Part shown: piece by piece, positions 59,230-64,000 of the stretch | Layout of the letters: each line of letters opens with the position of its first letter | Numbering within the stretch: position 1 is the first letter of the stretch | NCBI RefSeq assembly: GCF_000143415.4 | Contig: NW_003314351.1 | Coordinates: 355,501 to 419,500, forward strand | Length of the DNA: 64,000 bases | DNA from: Selaginella moellendorffii | Taxonomy: Eukaryota; Plantae; Lycopodiophyta | Direction of reading: 5' to 3' | The notes under the pieces: model-generated | What the model was told of the DNA's origin: nothing | Databases searched by the model: none | What the model saw: the letters and a program-made list of their open reading frames with translations, nothing else | Made by a program: the position numbers and the translations under genes

Positions 59230-60588
59230 AAGTTATTTGTACGATGATGATCATGTCAGTGTTACCGGTTCATAAGTGTGGATAACAATACATATGCTCC
59301 TCCCTGCTCTGGATTCATCCTGAATACCATGTTTGCAGCACGGCCCCCGTTCTGTAAGACTCTACGGCTGGCCCAAGCAAGCTAGTCCACTCCAAAACAT
59401 CTGGAAAATATGGCAGGTTTGCAATGGCCTCATTGAGATGCCCTGACCGGCCCAACAGATCCACAAAGCATCGATTGGCTCCATTCCATAGTCTGCTACC
59501 ACTGAAGCAAAGGCACTACCTTCCTCGCCTCACATTTCCAGTATGGCTGCAAGCCACCAGACCCAAAACAAAGCACGTCAAGTCCGGGAGGTGGAGTGTC
59601 TTTAGAGAACCAAACAGTTCCAATGCCTCAAATGAGCTAGGGCTACCAGCATCCCGGCATATGAAACCATGTCAGGCACGGGAATCAGGGCCAGCAGCTT
59701 CAAATCTCTGCCCAGATGCCCATTACCGGCATATGCTGTCAGCACAGTATTCCACGTGGCAGATTCGTGTTGGGGGAGACTTACAAACATTCTTATGGCC
59801 TTGGTCAGATGCCCATGCTGAGAATATGCCGAGAGCATTGTGTTGAAGGATAGGAGGCCTTGCTCTGGCACGGGGTTGAAGTTGTGCTGTATCTCCTCGA
59901 TTCCGTACGCCACACTTGCTTTTCAAGAGCAGCATTGTGGTCCATGACACAAGATCCCTCTGTGGCATTTTCTCAAACACGCACGTTGACTGCTCTATGC
60001 AACTGTGACTGGCATATGCCGCAAACATTGAGTTCCAGGAGACAATGTCCCTAAAAACATGGTTGTTGTGCATGAAACCAGGCTTCTTTCTGGCATCTCT
60101 TCTAGGAAGTTTGTAGATTCCTCTACACGACCGGCACGGGCATACGCTGCCAGCATGCCATTCCACGTCGCCACATCAAAGGAATACTGCCAAACAGCTG
60201 CTGGGAGAGATCCAGCCGTCCATTCTCGGAGCATGCCGCAGACTCGAACATCTTGACGCACTCTTGCATATGCCCAGTCCGGGCATATCCCGCCAAGGGC
60301 ACATTCCAAGGCATGACGCTCTTGTGGGGCAAAGATTCTCTGGGCTTCCGCCAAAACCCCGTTCAGTACGTAGGCATTGAGCAGGAGATCCCAGGAGAAG
60401 GAATCTTTTCTGGGGAGCGAGTCAAACACGCGGCGGGCATTAGAGACAGTAGAGCACCTCCCGTACATCTGGATGAGCTTGTTGCAAAGGAAGATGTCGC
60501 CGCTAGTGATGGATTGGATCCTGGAGTGAGCTTGGAGAGCTTGAGATGGAGTTGCACAGCAATGGATGAGCTCCAAGCACCCAGTCAT
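59230..60588 (-). pseudogene. PPR pseudogene copy B
   Basis: Same motifs as copy A, with frameshifts. Confidence 0.88.
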
Positions 60589-60628
60589 TCTTTCATTCTT
60601 TGTGAGTTTAGGGTTTTAGAAGGAAGCA

Positions 60629-63146
60629 ATGCTCCAGCAGCGGGTGAATGCGCTCACGGGGGAGAGCGAATGGATTCTCGTTGGCGATGGAGGCGACGGC
60701 GGCGATGCGAGCGATCCCCTGGCAGAGAGCTCGTATCTTGACATGCTGAATGATCGCGCCAGGAACAGGGCATTCTCTTCAGCAATCGCGAAGCTCGGCC
60801 GCCATGGCCATGTCCTGGACATTGGGTGAGGCTAGAGAGATCCTTCTTTCGTTTCCTGAGCTCGTTCTTGACAGTGCTGGCACTGGGCTCTTGTCGCTCA
60901 TGGCTTGGCGGGCAATGGAAGAGCAGTGCCAGGTGACTGCTTGCGAATCTTTTCTTCCAATGTACAAGCTGGCTCGCAAAGTTTGCCGAGACAATGGGAC
61001 GATGGGAGCGATCAAGCTGCTCCATATGGGCTCGGATGAGATCAAAGTCGGGGTGGACATCTCTAGCAAAGCCGATGCATTGGTACGCTAAGTCTGTACA
61101 CATTCTTCTTCTTCGTTTCCTCTGGACTCTTTGTCTCTCCAGGTGTGTGAGATTTTAGACTCGGAGTTGCTTGGAGAAGGGATCATTCCAAGTCTAAGGC
61201 ACGCTCATGAGCATTTACTCCGGCCTAATGCTGCCACAGTGCCATATCGAGCTACTGTGTATGCCCAGGTATATAGCAAAGTCTTTTTTCTTAGCTCAGT
61301 GTTGAGTTTACTTCTTTCTCTTAGCTAGTCGAGAGCGACTTTCTCTGGAGATTGCACGACCTTCAAGGGGTAGAAGACCGGCTGCAGGACGGATTGGCTT
61401 TCGCTCCCAATGATTTCTACTCTTACTTCAAGCACAGACAGCATGCGTTTCACGTTGATGAAATCCCCGGTATGAAGCTGGTAATTTAGTAGAGTTCTCT
61501 TACAAGTTACCAAAACCCGTGGCGCTGCAGCTTTCCGAGCCGTTTGAGGCCTTCGTTCTTGACTTCTATAGAGCTCCAGATGTGCGTGGAGAATTTAATC
61601 AAGCCGTGCATGTCAACTTCTCTGGGACTGCTCACGCAATAGTTTCATGGTACGAAACTTGCTCGGATTCGCTACTTCTTGGTTCGCTTTCTTCTCTGAT
61701 TGAACTTGACAAGGTGGGTGCTGCAGCTTGACAAAGATGGCCTGGTTTGCTACTCAACTGCTCCTCGTTGGATCTGAGGTTTGTTTTCCTGTTTGATTCT
61801 TTGAGTAACTCCGCAGATTTGTGTTCTCAGGGGCAAGCGCGTGGTGTGACCATTGGAAACAATGTGTGTGGTTTCTTCCTGGACAAGGTGTTTCGGTGGA
61901 GGAGCAGTCGGAGCTTCGCGTCGTAGTCAGCCATGATGAAACGTCAGTGCGGTATGACATCAATGGTGTACGCTGTAATAGTTCAGCGTCTGGTTTCGAG
62001 CTGAGCCTACAAAGGTGTCGCATGCTTGGTGACGGTAGCAGGCGTTCTATCATACAGTCTGCCATTCAAATAGCTGTAAGTGTGTTTTGAATCTGTGAGT
62101 ACGATTGTTTCTTTTTCTTTCTGTCCAGCTTGGAGAACGAGAACTTGGAAACTGTCTCATTCTGGATGACGGCCTGATGAGCGCCGTGTGTGCTCTATCT
62201 ACAGTGCATGGATCCTGCCATGTGGCTGGTTTGTTTCCAGGCTGTAGAAGAGATGGCTTGAAGTACTTGGAGAGCGTCGCGAGCAAGCTGTCTACTATAC
62301 ACAAAGACGTCAAGCATCTCACTGGGGACGATTTCAAGGGGCATAAAGTATACAGTCTTGCAACTCCATTGGATATGGACGGGTTTCTTTCTTTTCGCGA
62401 CAGGTGGATGTTCTTCTAGGGGAGCCTTATTACGCCACGTACGAGCATGCGTTGCCGTGGAAGCAGCTTCGGTTTTGGTTCGTTTTCGTTTCGTTTTCTA
62501 AAGAGTTGGAAGTTGTTTTAAAGCAGTGAGAATCCAGGTACGAGAGAACGACGCTAAGTCCGTTGCTATCAGAGAACCCTATTATAGTTCCCTGCTTTGG
62601 AATTCTCTATGGGATGGCTTGTCATCTTCCTGTAAGTTGATTATTTTCTCTGCAGTGACTTTGGTTTCATGTTGGCTAAATCAGGATTTGTGGCAAAGCC
62701 GCTGTCGCCTTGAAGAAGTCGATGGCTTTGATCACAGGTCATTGACAAAACCGTTTTCGCTGCTCGAGTTCAACATGCGTGAGGAAATTCAGAGTCTAAG
62801 TGGATTTGCAAAGGTTATTCAATTCTGTCCTCTTTGGTACCACTTAATGTTTTCTGCTACTTTTGCACAGGTTAGCGTTGTAAAGACTGGGCTCTGCCAT
62901 GGAGTTGTCCTGTGGATGGACTGGGTGATGGATCCCGAGAACAAGGATTTGGTACTTTCAACGGGACTTTTAAATCCAAGTGAGTAAGATTCTCTCCATC
63001 TCATCTCAAGGAGTTTCGTTTTACGTCTAGGCTGGAAGCAGGGCGTCAAGCTTTTCCGAAAGCCACTGCAAGCCACGGAGACTTTAGAGCTCAACGCGTC
63101 CTTCGATTCACAGACTGGAGAGATCAGCATCACTCGCGTGGTCTGA
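60629..63146 (+). pseudogene. PRMT7: PRMT7 copy B with nonsense mutation (TGA at 61775-61777)
   Basis: Exon 6 reads CGT TGG ATC TGA versus CGT TGG ATC AGA in copy A. Confidence 0.85.
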
Positions 63147-64000
63147 AGCCACAAACTCTTCTTTGCATTTAGGAAAACTTTTAAATCAACATCAGGTAAA
63201 TTCCAAACATATAGTTCCTATCTCTTGTGCTTCAAGTTCTTTGTTTGTTCGTCCTTGAAGTGTTGTTGAGCCTGAAGTAAACAGCGTCATACCGGATGCT
63301 CTTGATGTACGGTAACTTCCGCCACCTCGCAGTTGCTGAATTATACACCACCAAAATCTTGTTCTCTTCCTGTTGCTTTTCATCAAGTCCTTCCTCGTTT
63401 GCCATTTTCTCTCCTCTTGCTCCGGAGCCATGCTCTTCTCTCCAGGCTGGTCTTCCTCCCACTCCTCTTCGTCTTCCTCGTCATCGTCATCGTCATAAGG
63501 CAGAGCTCCAGCACCACCACTCCATCCACAACATTACACGCCCGGAATCCATATCCGCTCCCATCGCCCAAAAACTTCTTGGGCACATCCACGATCCAGC
63601 ACTTTGTCGGCCCGAGAATGGCTGCGCTGCGATCAAAGTGCCAGAAGTCGAGAATCTTGCGCCGCACAGCACAAACTGGTGGTGGTCACTGTCGTCAACC
63701 AGAGGCCGCTCGATCCCTTGCTGGGAGAAGAAGGAGCCGGCATCCACTTGCCCGACTCCCAGACGCCGCGCAGCGCGTCGTGATCCCGGCACGACTCGAC
63801 GACGCTCACGTCCGACTCCTTCCATGCGCTGTTAGCTCCGCGAGTCGAAAGCTTGGACCTGGACGATGCTCTGGAGGAGATTTTGCTGCTGCATGGCGGA
63901 CACCATGTGACCGTAGCGGAGATAATCACTCGATTGCTGGCCTAAGTTCATGGAGTAGCGAACGATCTTGAAGTCACCACTCGAAAGAACACGCAGCGCC

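Larger units (their letters stand above)
53249..64000 (+). repeat. Copy B of the duplicated block
   Basis: Colinear with 1-15726; lacks the gypsy insertion. Confidence 0.97.

Overview
Eukaryotic, intron-bearing plant DNA. The tiny 46-68 nt introns, PLS-type PPR remnants and TE types suggest the lycophyte Selaginella; this is inference, not verified. The window holds two near-identical copies of one gene block, 1-~15726 and 53249-64000 (a tandem duplication, or two haplotypes assembled in tandem). The block contains a two-exon multi-domain potato type II (Pin-II/I20) protease inhibitor, LRR, GDSL-lipase, PPR and F-box-like pseudogenes, and a 13-exon PRMT7 that is intact in copy 1 and nonsense-mutated in copy 2. 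Copy 1 also carries a 5-kb Ty3/gypsy insertion. After copy 1 come an orphan secreted multi-TM gene with a hAT transposon inserted after codon 4 and a ~32-kb nested LTR-retrotransposon island. Main signals: (1) a chromovirus family whose integrase is split by two canonical spliceosomal introns in both copies; (2) a 5S-rRNA-carrying Cassandra-type TRIM and a large non-coding element that share termini, PBS variant and PPT with that chromovirus, the large element also sharing its tRNA-like hairpins; (3) Pin-II copies whose differences cluster in one reactive loop; (4) GGGAAAC -1 frameshift signals in two unrelated elements and a self-priming PBS in one of them. All alignments were done by eye and no database searches were run.
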